IMG/VR virus record: IMGVR_UViG_3300027838_000002
Span: 18,980-82,979 of that record
Source: a virus
Lineage: Duplodnaviria > Caudoviricetes
Direction: 5' to 3' (one strand)
Length of the DNA stretch: 64,000 nucleotides
The notes beneath the pieces are model-generated. The model ran no database searches. It saw only the letters and a list, made by a program, of their open reading frames with translations, and had not been told where the DNA came from. Below, piece after piece: positions 46,714 through 55,375 of this stretch. Position 1 is the stretch's first letter, and each line of letters begins with the position of its first letter. The translations under genes were made by a program, and so were the position numbers.

Positions 46714-48492
46714 CTAGCTCAAGTTGACGCCGCGACTACGCTGGCGGCCACCACTTTTAACTGCTTGACGGGTACTGGAACTGACTGGTCGAGCGCGCTC
46801 CGCGCAGAATTTGCGGATGCTCTCGATATTCTCCTTGTCCAGAACGGACAGGGGTACCGTTTCCTTGGTGGCGATTAGCAACTCTTCGAAGTCGGGCACA
46901 CCAAGATTCCTGTCCGTAAACGACGACAACCGCGCCGATTTCACGACATCTTCGATTTCACTGCCGACAAAGCCGTCAGTCTGGTCGATGAGTTCGTGCC
47001 ATTCCTCTTCGGAGCATACGGAAGACGGGTCTTCGATACCGCGCTTACGCAAGTGGATGTCGAAAATTTCCTTACGCTCGTCCTCGATCGGCAGATCGGT
47101 GTAAAAGATCTCGTCGAATCGGCCTTTGCGCAGGAACTCAGGCGGAATTCCATTGATCCGATTCATGGTCATAATCACAAACGCTTGGCTTTCCTTCTCC
47201 TGCAGCCAGGTCAGGAAGCTACCAAAAATTCTACGGGTAACGCCACTGTCGCCAGTAGAGTCATTAGCGCCGCCCCAGACCTTATCGGCTTCATCGATGA
47301 GCACAACACACTGCTCCATCGCGTCGATGGTCTGAAGCATTTCACGCATCCGCTTTTCTGACTCACCAACCAGCGAGCCAAAAACGGAAGAAATGTCAGC
47401 CATGACCAAAGGCTGCTCAAGTGTCCGTGCAATTATTCTGGCGAAAAGACTCTTCCCAGTGCCTGGCGGACCGATCAACACAAGACCTTTCAACGGATCG
47501 ATCAAATGCTCGCGAGCTTGCGCGGTGAAACACACACCACGCTTCGAGATCCACTTTTTGATCACGTCAAAACCACCGACCTCGTCCGCAGACGCGATCT
47601 TCTGCTTGTGCACGTAGGTCAAACCAGCCGTGCGCTTCAGCATCTTGGCCTTCTCATCCTCGATTGTTTCCAGCAGGCCTTCCTCGGCAAATCCACCGTG
47701 TTTCACAACACACAGTGCCAGCACGTCTCCGGCCTCGTTGGACTTCAATCCCCTCAGGGATGAGATAATCTTCTGACGTTGCTCTTCCGTGCACTGCGCT
47801 TTACTCAGATCAGACTGTCGTACTCCAGACTGCACGTAGTCAAATACGTTTGCGAGCTCGTCTTCAGACGGCAGCGGAAAATCCACGACGGTCGTGGTTG
47901 CCTGTAGCATCTTCGGTATCTCGATATTGGTGCCAACGATGATGATAGGCCGCATGTAGTCAGAGTTGGACAGCACACCACGATCAACAAGCAACTGCCA
48001 TTCCTGGGCAACTGCCGGGTCTCTCAGGAAGATGTGAAAATTGCGCAAAACGCAGGCAACGTCCCCTTCCATGCCCTCGGCAACTCGCTGCAACGCCTTG
48101 ATCGGGTTAGTGATCTGCGGTGCGTCGGTAAAACCGTTGTTGATATCCCATGTGACGAAACCCATGGACTTTTTGTTTTCCGGTGTATTGCTCTCCTCGG
48201 CGGCCTGCAGGGTCCCCAAGTGCTGCCTAATACGGTTTTGCAGCTCGACAACACCAGCAGCAGCACGTGCGCGCCCGTCAGCCCGTAACTTCTCTGCGCG
48301 TTCTTCTAGCTCGTCCAAACGCTTTTGAAGTTTTTCAATCCGGGCTGCGCGTGTGAGCGAGATATCATCAGCAGCCTGGTTGATGCCTTGCTCTGCTCTT
48401 GTAATTTCACTGGTATCGACGCACAGCGCCTGGCGTCCAGATTGGATGTAATACGCAATAGAATCCACAAAATCTTGTTGAACGATGTTCAT
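46714..48492 (-). CDS. AAA+ ATPase (Ycf46-like)
   Basis: EVGGFDVIKKW, GPPGTGKS, SLVGESE, IDEADK, PPEFLRKGRFDEIF. Confidence 0.9.
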   Translation of the reverse strand: MNIVQQDFVDSIAYYIQSGRQALCVDTSEITRAEQGINQAADDISLTRAARIEKLQKRLDELEERAEKLRADGRARAAAGVVELQNRIRQHLGTLQAAEESNTPENKKSMGFVTWDINNGFTDAPQITNPIKALQRVAEGMEGDVACVLRNFHIFLRDPAVAQEWQLLVDRGVLSNSDYMRPIIIVGTNIEIPKMLQATTTVVDFPLPSEDELANVFDYVQSGVRQSDLSKAQCTEEQRQKIISSLRGLKSNEAGDVLALCVVKHGGFAEEGLLETIEDEKAKMLKRTAGLTYVHKQKIASADEVGGFDVIKKWISKRGVCFTAQAREHLIDPLKGLVLIGPPGTGKSLFARIIARTLEQPLVMADISSVFGSLVGESEKRMREMLQTIDAMEQCVVLIDEADKVWGGANDSTGDSGVTRRIFGSFLTWLQEKESQAFVIMTMNRINGIPPEFLRKGRFDEIFYTDLPIEDERKEIFDIHLRKRGIEDPSSVCSEEEWHELIDQTDGFVGSEIEDVVKSARLSSFTDRNLGVPDFEELLIATKETVPLSVLDKENIESIRKFCAERARPVSSSTRQAVKSGGRQRSRGVNLS

Positions 48493-49256
48493 TAAGAAAA
48501 CCTCATTGCTCTGCCAAAGGTCTTGGCGTCGTCACTATCGCTAGACTTACCGTTAAGTCCTTGCATAAGAAGTAGTTTTATCTCGTCTGGATCTTTACCT
48601 ATGGTTGCGGCCATAGCCTCTAACCACTTTTCAAAAGCAACCATTAGCTCGGTTGTGATGGAAGCTTCACCGGGGGACAGGGAGATGTTAACTGCCATAC
48701 GTTCCAGACTGGTAATCTGGTTTAGCAGAGCAACACTAGTCTCATCAATTTCCTGCTCAAAGTTATCACGCATACGTTTACGGAACTCTGAGTCCAGCTT
48801 CGCTGCCATCTCGTATATTGCACGCAATATCCTGGCTTCCGCAGAAAGGGACAACCAGCTTCTGATCTTTGTGCGCAGTAGATACGCCCAACTCTCTACT
48901 CCGGTAATACTATTCGCGGCATACCACATGCCATCTGGCAACAGAATACTGAAAGTCGTACGGACTTCGGTCAATGACCGATGTTCCTGCTGACTTAGCA
49001 GTACGATGCCTGGAGGCATCGGCACAGAAATCCCAGTTGGTAAGAAGCCCATAGTTCCCGATATGCCTGGCTGGTGGAAGCTCGGCCCCCTCGTCCATTC
49101 CGCCAGCATATCGCAGCTACCTTTATAGTCATAACCACTTCTCGCGTTTACTGGGACCTCCGTGATAATTCGGCACCATTGCGCATCTTTAGGGGTTTCT
49201 ACAGTGATGTGTTCCATAAAATTAGCCCGCCGTACCTGTTGGCAGACGGGCCCCAT
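48492..49256 (-). CDS. Hypothetical protein
   Basis: Coupled (TAATG) to the AAA gene. Confidence 0.6.
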   Translation of the reverse strand: MGPVCQQVRRANFMEHITVETPKDAQWCRIITEVPVNARSGYDYKGSCDMLAEWTRGPSFHQPGISGTMGFLPTGISVPMPPGIVLLSQQEHRSLTEVRTTFSILLPDGMWYAANSITGVESWAYLLRTKIRSWLSLSAEARILRAIYEMAAKLDSEFRKRMRDNFEQEIDETSVALLNQITSLERMAVNISLSPGEASITTELMVAFEKWLEAMAATIGKDPDEIKLLLMQGLNGKSSDSDDAKTFGRAMRFS

Positions 49257-49276
49257 GCAGCCACTGTGAGGTCGAG

Positions 49277-49966
49277 TCAGCTACTAAGGAACTTTTTCAT
49301 TTTTCCCGAGATATCGTTTGTGTCGCCATGTATTAGCGGCAACTCCGATATTTGATCGACCAGTTCGCGTAGATTACTCTTCACATACGTATCAACGTCA
49401 TCTGTCTTTTGTTGCGCAAACTTGTAGATCATCTCAAACATGACAGGGTCGTCTGAAAAATTCGCAGGCTGCCTATACCCAGGATCCTGCCGCGCTATTT
49501 TCAGTACATCCGGTGGATTGATGATCCCTTCGCTGTGCATAGTCTCAGAAATGTACCCAATGATCTCAGGCTTGAAAGGGTTCTCATCTTCGGGGGCTGC
49601 TATCAACAACGCCTCAACGATACCCCAGGCGATCTCCGAAGAATCCGCTGGATCAAAGGTTTCAGGCGAGTGTGTATCGTTGCTGAAAATGTTACACAGG
49701 TGAATGAAATCAGGTAACGACCAGAAGAAGTCATCTGTCGTCAATACCGTGATAGCGGCCATCAACTTATCAAAGTTGACCGGTGGCAGTTGGATCTGAA
49801 AATCGTCTTCGATTTCCATTTCAATCGTCTGCGGATCCCAGTACAGGCCGTCGGTTGTGTAGCGGTCCATGAACAGCGCGAGCAGGGGCAGTGCATGCGT
49901 ATCCGTATTCACCAGAATACTACGCGCCAGGTTGTGCGTCCCCACGGTCCGCGTTAGTTGAGGCAT
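49277..49966 (-). CDS. Hypothetical protein
   Basis: 229-aa acidic ORF with GGAG RBS. Confidence 0.65.
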   Translation of the reverse strand: MPQLTRTVGTHNLARSILVNTDTHALPLLALFMDRYTTDGLYWDPQTIEMEIEDDFQIQLPPVNFDKLMAAITVLTTDDFFWSLPDFIHLCNIFSNDTHSPETFDPADSSEIAWGIVEALLIAAPEDENPFKPEIIGYISETMHSEGIINPPDVLKIARQDPGYRQPANFSDDPVMFEMIYKFAQQKTDDVDTYVKSNLRELVDQISELPLIHGDTNDISGKMKKFLSS

Positions 49967-50420
49967 CCGTGCTCTCCAGTTCTTTGTAGTTCCTGACGAA
50001 CATGACCGTGCAGGAGTAACTCAACGTCTCCAGCGTGGGTTTCTCCAGCCTTGGTACCATGTCACCCGTAGTCAGATCGAAGAAATCCGTCATCCCGCTG
50101 AACGTCACAAATCGACGATCGGCGAATATCAGCAGGTTAGGCGGTTGCTGGTCAAAGCCCGGCGCCGCTGCCATCAACGCGTCACCAACCTCCATGATAC
50201 TTGGACCCAGTTCTTGCAACAACAGCGCGATTTGCGCGGAATCACAGAACGGAATACCATCCAGCAAATTTGTCACCCAGAGCAGCAACGATTTGCCGGA
50301 TGGCAGCATGGCTGCCGGATCTGGTTCATTCTCATTCAGTACGGTCTTGAAAAATGCCCGTATTTGCACATCTGACATGAACGAACACAGGTTGCGTACG
50401 CCACCATACTCGAACATCAA
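49920..50420 (-). CDS. Hypothetical protein
   Basis: Colinear, translationally coupled. Confidence 0.6.
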   Translation of the reverse strand: MMFEYGGVRNLCSFMSDVQIRAFFKTVLNENEPDPAAMLPSGKSLLLWVTNLLDGIPFCDSAQIALLLQELGPSIMEVGDALMAAAPGFDQQPPNLLIFADRRFVTFSGMTDFFDLTTGDMVPRLEKPTLETLSYSCTVMFVRNYKELESTDASTNADRGDAQPGA

Positions 50421-50686
50421 ATCCCCGAGACGATCCTGAAATCGTTACGCCAGCCGGTAACACATTCCCCTTCGATGGATTCGAGAGTATTACCCTCGGT
50501 ATCGACGGGGTAGCACCCAGACTGATCCGAAATTCCCGGCTTGGACATACCAAGCGCCGCGGCTTTTTGCAGCGCCATGTGCTTGGCTTCCGTACTTGCG
50601 ACATCATCAATGGAGTCTCCACTGACGATAATCGTACTTTCCTGTCCTGCAAAAACGCACGCGTCGTCAATAATCTTCACGGTCAT
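50417..50686 (-). CDS. Hypothetical protein
   Basis: Colinear, translationally coupled. Confidence 0.6.
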   Translation of the reverse strand: MTVKIIDDACVFAGQESTIIVSGDSIDDVASTEAKHMALQKAAALGMSKPGISDQSGCYPVDTEGNTLESIEGECVTGWRNDFRIVSGI

Positions 50687-51105
50687 TACTCGTTTTCCTC
50701 GTTTCCCTTGGAATCATACTCTGAGACGTTAGCCTTCTTACTGGCATATTGTGCGGCAACGTAGTCGCGCACATGTGGTAACACCTGGTGGAACTTTTCG
50801 ACAATATCCACAAGTTGGATTTCTTCGAAAATACGGGCGATCTCTTTCTGAATGCGCTTTAGCTGCATATTAGTGTACTTCCCACGCTGCGCAATATCCA
50901 ATGCCCGCGCGAGCTTTTTGTCTTCTGCGCACACGCGTTCAAACGCCTCCGCGTCCATCCAGGCCATCGCACCGTGGCGATAGCTGGTGGCAAACAGGTT
51001 GTGCATCGGTGACTTCACCATGTTACGCAGGCGATACCCGCAGTGTAAAATGTGGTCGTTTGGTTCTTGTAATTCATACAACAGTTTTGGCTTACGTTTC
51101 GCCAC
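50686..51105 (-). CDS. Hypothetical protein
   Basis: GGAG RBS. Confidence 0.6.
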   Translation of the reverse strand: MAKRKPKLLYELQEPNDHILHCGYRLRNMVKSPMHNLFATSYRHGAMAWMDAEAFERVCAEDKKLARALDIAQRGKYTNMQLKRIQKEIARIFEEIQLVDIVEKFHQVLPHVRDYVAAQYASKKANVSEYDSKGNEENE

Positions 51106-51352
51106 GCATTTCTCCGTACAATTTCCTGATAGCTAAAAGATATTGTGGGATGCGCCACACTCAAACAGATCACTCTGCCAGAGTGTGGCGCACCGTACCG
51201 ATGTAATAACGGGTGGATGGGATTTACTTGTTCCCACAAGTCGTTATCGACTGCCGCCGTCTACCTGAACTCCTCAACCATTTGGCCATCGGAACTCAGT
51301 AGTGCGCGCACCTTAGTTCAGTCACCACCCTAGCCGGGGTCGCGTACCCCGG

Positions 51353-51368
51353 CTATTGGCGCCAATAG
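51353..51368. repeat. Palindrome copy 4, CTATTGGCGCCAATAG
   Basis: Identical to the 1771 copy; intergenic. Confidence 0.8.
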
Positions 51369-51400
51369 GCGCCCGTTGTGTTGTTGCAAAGCTGTGCTGG

Positions 51401-51440
51401 AAAAGAACCCACCCGAGGCGCGTAAGCGCCCCGGGTGGGG
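51401..51440 (-). terminator. Rho-independent terminator closing the ncRNA region
   Basis: CCCACCCGGGGCGC-loop-GCGCCTCGGGTGGG followed by TTCTTTT. Confidence 0.7.
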
Positions 51441-52000
51441 TGGACAGTGACCGCTTGTCGAGCGTCAGGGTGCTTCCCCCTGATATTACTTGGAGTAGTT
51501 TTAAGCCGTTCCAATCTCGGCTATGACTTTTCGGGCATCGGGCTGTCGCCTAGCGACACTCTCAACAGGGTTGCATTCAAGCGACCCTATCGACACCTTC
51601 TGCACTATTCTCTTGGTCTAGTGTCATCAACTAGACCTTGAACGACCACCTTGCCAGGATGGTCGTTGAATTTTGTTTCCGTGGTGACATAAGGCTTGAG
51701 CCTTGCGCGCACCAGGATTTTGAGACGGACATAGTGGACAATCCGCCTGCGAGGACCAGCGATGCTTACATAAAGAGAAGCAGCGATCCTCGACTTGAGC
51801 CAGAGAGTTCCGGCCCGAGCCTTTTAACGTCCTGCTCAGGACGACCGCAAAGGGGGCGGATCAGGAATTGAACCCGGATCTTCCGATCACCTACGTAGCG
51901 GTGCACACCGTGGATTTTTAACCGGAGACAAGTAGTCCGCGGAACCCGAGGTTTACTCGTGCACGTAGCGTAAAGTCGGTAACCCAACCATGGGCGCCCC
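51401..52000 (-). ncRNA. Candidate large structured ncRNA(s) with a 5' tRNA/tmRNA-like domain
   Basis: No credible ORF; many hairpins; GGGGCG/CGCCCC closing stem and T-loop GGTTCAATTCC; upstream promoter motif and downstream terminator. Confidence 0.55.
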
Positions 52001-52019
52001 TTGAGGAACCCTAGGGATC

Positions 52020-52056
52020 CTCAAGGTATTATGACCGGTTTCCCTCCGTTATTTAG
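52020..52056 (-). promoter_or_regulatory. Repeated promoter-like motif, copy 1
   Basis: CTAAA-18 bp-CATAAT with shared AAACC(A/G)GTCATAATACCTTGAGG. Confidence 0.55.
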
Positions 52057-52178
52057 GTCAACCGGATAGTGTCTTTCGCGCTAGTTACGCGGGTCATTGC
52101 TGTACATGGCTCCGTCAGCGGGGCGTACAAAGAATCCCCACCCGAGCCACGCCAGCACCACAACGGTTAGCCAACCCA

Positions 52179-52532
52179 TTAAAAGTCGATCTCGCCGTCA
52201 TAGTCGTGGGCAGGTTCTACTTCTTCGTCGAAGTCGTGCACCCAGAACGGCGAGGTACCCTCCGGGTCATTCCGGTACTGATTCCGTTGTTCGGCAGCAG
52301 CCTCGGCAACACTGTCCTTAAGATCAATGCGCAGTACCACCCCGGTGGGCAGATGCATCAGCTTAAGCCAGCTGTTGTGACGGTGGTGAGTATGTTCCAC
52401 AATCCAATCAGGGTCGGTGCCGATGCGGGATGCCATCGAGGAAAAACCGAATAACTCCGAGACGATCGGCGCACCGTCAGCGTCTCGGGGGATCTCGATG
52501 GTATCTTCAACGCTCACCTGCAAATCACTCAT
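52179..52532 (-). CDS. Hypothetical protein
   Basis: Acidic ORF with RBS. Confidence 0.6.
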   Translation of the reverse strand: MSDLQVSVEDTIEIPRDADGAPIVSELFGFSSMASRIGTDPDWIVEHTHHRHNSWLKLMHLPTGVVLRIDLKDSVAEAAAEQRNQYRNDPEGTSPFWVHDFDEEVEPAHDYDGEIDF

Positions 52533-52701
52533 CCTCGTGCTCCTTTTTCTTATGTCGTGGTCCGTCCGTATCCAACATCACCGCCCCCAGCAACAACATC
52601 CCGGACCCTACGAGAAGCGGGGTCTGGTTGCTGTATGTCGCTCCCAGCATTACGAATCCGCTGGTCGACAGTAGTACCCATCCGCACAGCAGTTTGGCCA
52701 T
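52525..52701 (-). CDS. 58-aa two-TM membrane protein (absent from track)
   Basis: MAKLLCGWVLLSTSGFVMLGA...; AAGGAG RBS. Confidence 0.5.
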   Translation of the reverse strand: MAKLLCGWVLLSTSGFVMLGATYSNQTPLLVGSGMLLLGAVMLDTDGPRHKKKEHEDE

Positions 52702-52713
52702 TCAGCGCTCCTT

Positions 52714-52800
52714 TTATTTCCACCATTCCAACCAGTCAGCCAGGGCGCAGATGACGCCCAGGCAAACCAAAATGGCGAGGAAGGTCCCAATGTCCGGCAT
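52714..52800 (-). CDS. 28-aa single-TM peptide (absent from track)
   Basis: MPDIGTFLAILVCLGVICALADWLEWWK; AGGAG RBS. Confidence 0.5.
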   Translation of the reverse strand: MPDIGTFLAILVCLGVICALADWLEWWK

Positions 52801-52862
52801 TAGTCTTCTCCTATAGATAAGAAGACAGCCCGCGCGGCAGGTGGCTACGCGAGCTATGAAGC

Positions 52863-52899
52863 CTCAAGGTATTATGACTGGTTTTTGGCGGCTGTTTAG
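52863..52899 (-). promoter_or_regulatory. Repeated promoter-like motif, copy 2
   Basis: Same CTAAA-18 bp-CATAATACCTTGAGG layout as at 52020. Confidence 0.55.
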
Positions 52900-52903
52900 C
52901 TGG

Positions 52904-53227
52904 TCAAAAACTTAGCTTTATGACATTACCCCCGGCTCCAGCGTAGGTGATGAGAATTTTCTCAGCCTGCAGCATCTCTTTCAACTTGAGCTTTTTAACG
53001 CTACCCATCCCGGCCAGGCAACTCTTAGCCGTGGAGTAGGCGTTATTCTGGGCGCGGCGTTTGCGGCAGCGCCCACAACCCCCGCGGGCCGCCGTAACGG
53101 ACTGCACTGCGCCCAGGCACGGAAACTCATCTGTAAACTTCTTGTCAGAAGCCATACGGTCGATGGTTGCGTTTTCAATTGAAACGACTGCTGGCATGCG
53201 CGGTACGCCTAAACTATGGAGGATCAC
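52904..53227 (-). CDS. Hypothetical protein with CxxC
   Basis: GCGRC motif; colinear. Confidence 0.55.
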   Translation of the reverse strand: MILHSLGVPRMPAVVSIENATIDRMASDKKFTDEFPCLGAVQSVTAARGGCGRCRKRRAQNNAYSTAKSCLAGMGSVKKLKLKEMLQAEKILITYAGAGGNVIKLSF

Positions 53228-53690
53228 CCACGGTCACGGTTGCAGTAATAGGTACCGCCTCACCAGAACCAACGCCTGATGGGCCCACATCCCCATCGCC
53301 AACTATGAACGTAGTCTGGTCGTCAAACGTATCCAGCCGCTCAAGTGTATTTTTCAGCTCTGTTACATCCTGAAACAGCGCCACCCAGAATTCTTCAGCA
53401 ATTGTCCTGCTACGCACAATAACATCCACCACGTTCAATCGAAACCAGGGAGGGTCAGAGCCGGACACAGGTGCGTCTTCTGGGAAATCTTCGAGGTCAG
53501 ATGGGCTAGCGACATGGTCAAATTGTGCGACTTTCGTCTCGTCGTTCGGGTTAAGTGGGATCTCTCGGTATACGAAGATCTTGGGAGACAACCCGCTAGC
53601 GCCGGTTACCGTGATCTTAATACGAGTGCCATGGACAGCGTTGCTCGTATGCGCGGTGATATCACGTTGAAGATCGATTTGGTACGACAT
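53214..53690 (-). CDS. Hypothetical protein, possibly structural
   Basis: Beta-rich 158-aa ORF with GAGG RBS. Confidence 0.55.
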   Translation of the reverse strand: MSYQIDLQRDITAHTSNAVHGTRIKITVTGASGLSPKIFVYREIPLNPNDETKVAQFDHVASPSDLEDFPEDAPVSGSDPPWFRLNVVDVIVRSRTIAEEFWVALFQDVTELKNTLERLDTFDDQTTFIVGDGDVGPSGVGSGEAVPITATVTVGDPP

Positions 53691-53693
53691 CCT

Positions 53694-54164
53694 CTAATCT
53701 CCCTTATGTCGGAACCGCTCGTCCGGCGGCGTCGTCAGCGCTTTTCTTGCCGACCAGAACCGTTGTAGTCTACTACGTATTGTCGCCTGGTTGATCCCGG
53801 TTTTCTTGGCCCAGTAAGCAACTGTACCTACCTCATCATCAAGTGTCAGGTGTAGGGCGCTTCTTTGACTGTGTTCACGTGGGCGCAGCATAAGCACATC
53901 ACAGATGGGCCATTTGTAGGTGGATAGTCTGCTACGTATCGTGGCGGCGTTAATCCCAAGTTCTTCCGCCCACGCGTCTATGCTTTTGCATTTCCCGTTG
54001 AACGTCAACATGCGTCGGCGGTTTTTTCCGTTGGGCTGTATTGTCAGGGCCTGGTGTATCGTCCACCCATAGTGATACACACGGCTCTGCAGGGTGCCGA
54101 GACTTATCCCGACCTCCTCAGACCATGCGCGCAGACTTTGGGTTTTACCTTTGTGTGAGAACAC
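53694..54164 (-). CDS. Protein of three tandem HTH-like repeats of the type appended to phage HNH endonucleases
   Basis: Three copies of G...S...W....GI...T..SR....W....AL. Confidence 0.65.
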   Translation of the reverse strand: MFSHKGKTQSLRAWSEEVGISLGTLQSRVYHYGWTIHQALTIQPNGKNRRRMLTFNGKCKSIDAWAEELGINAATIRSRLSTYKWPICDVLMLRPREHSQRSALHLTLDDEVGTVAYWAKKTGINQATIRSRLQRFWSARKALTTPPDERFRHKGD

Positions 54165-54184
54165 GCCAATAGCACCTTACATGT

Positions 54185-55375
54185 TTACTCGACTGTGGAC
54201 GCCGAGCCTAGTTTTCGTGATGTATCTGTGGCACCATCTGGAGATGCGGCCGCTTGTTTAGTGTTAGGTGACTTGTGTAGCTTATCGATGATTTGCAATG
54301 TTGGCGTGGGTTGTGCCAACCCACCCAGGTCATGGAACACGTCATTATGCACAACGGGCTCCAGCCGCATCTCGCTTGGCGAGATTGGTGGCAGCGTTTT
54401 GTCCGTATAGTAACTCATGACAGCCTCCACGACGTTTTCAGCTGAGATCAGGTCCATGCAAAGTGGAACAGTCTGCGCAGCTTTCTCAACGGGTCTGTGG
54501 CAAATCGATCGGTCACTGTTGATTTGAACTACTTTGTTTCGCCAGCATCCTCGGTAGTGGCAGCAGTCGAGGATTCCGATTGTGTGCAGGAATCTGTGGG
54601 GGACTTGCATTTTTCCTGAGGCTGTTGGTCCGAATCCTCTGTTTTCGTTGACGTAGGCTTCCCACCACCACGCTTCACGCCCGCCCGCCAGGACGACACA
54701 TGGACGCCGCAAGGCAGCGGCAAGATGCATGGCAAACGTAACCCCGCAGATGACTCCGTCGGCATGATGAATAAGCCTCATTAAATCCCTGATCGTGGTT
54801 TGCCCGACCATGTCCACAGCACCGCGCAGAGGCGGATGCCAGTGACCTTTACCGGATGCTCCTGCTTGTACGCATGTGATTCCCAGGTGCTGCAGTTGGT
54901 TGACTACTGCTTGAAATTTTCTTGTTTCCCATACCTTGGCTGTGAAATCTGACTTACCGCCCGAAACGACTACCCAGTAACGTCCGTCGAGTATCGGTTG
55001 TTTTTCCCCGTGCGACAGGTGCACATCCGGCCACGGGTACCTGAGTTGAACATCAGTGCCGTACTTTCTGTTGAACGCCCTGTGGAAGTACGAGAGAAAA
55101 TGGATGGTTTCATTGTTCTGTTCTTTTATTCCCTTGCCGTAACAGATCCTGAATAACTCTACATCGGGATCTGTTGGCTTCAGCCTCGTGATGTGTGGGT
55201 TATTGCGCCAGAGGGACATGCAGGAGGTTTCCACGCCGATGGCAAACTCCTTGCTGTACGTGAGCGCCAGGTCACGCACAAGTGCTGTCAGTACAAGCGT
55301 GTCTCCTGGTGCGTGACTGTGTTGTAGGATGATTCTCTTTTGCCGCATGATTAGGGTGAGGATTTCTCTCTGCAA
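54185..55375 (-). CDS. Glycosyltransferase family 9 (heptosyltransferase-like)
   Basis: [63 protein letters not shown]. Confidence 0.85.
   Translation of the reverse strand: MQREILTLIMRQKRIILQHSHAPGDTLVLTALVRDLALTYSKEFAIGVETSCMSLWRNNPHITRLKPTDPDVELFRICYGKGIKEQNNETIHFLSYFHRAFNRKYGTDVQLRYPWPDVHLSHGEKQPILDGRYWVVVSGGKSDFTAKVWETRKFQAVVNQLQHLGITCVQAGASGKGHWHPPLRGAVDMVGQTTIRDLMRLIHHADGVICGVTFAMHLAAALRRPCVVLAGGREAWWWEAYVNENRGFGPTASGKMQVPHRFLHTIGILDCCHYRGCWRNKVVQINSDRSICHRPVEKAAQTVPLCMDLISAENVVEAVMSYYTDKTLPPISPSEMRLEPVVHNDVFHDLGGLAQPTPTLQIIDKLHKSPNTKQAAASPDGATDTSRKLGSASTVE

Noticed and set aside
51852-52000. Canonical tRNA or full-length tmRNA
   Set aside because: No anticodon arm, no encoded CCA, and too short with no evident tag reading frame; kept only as tRNA-like
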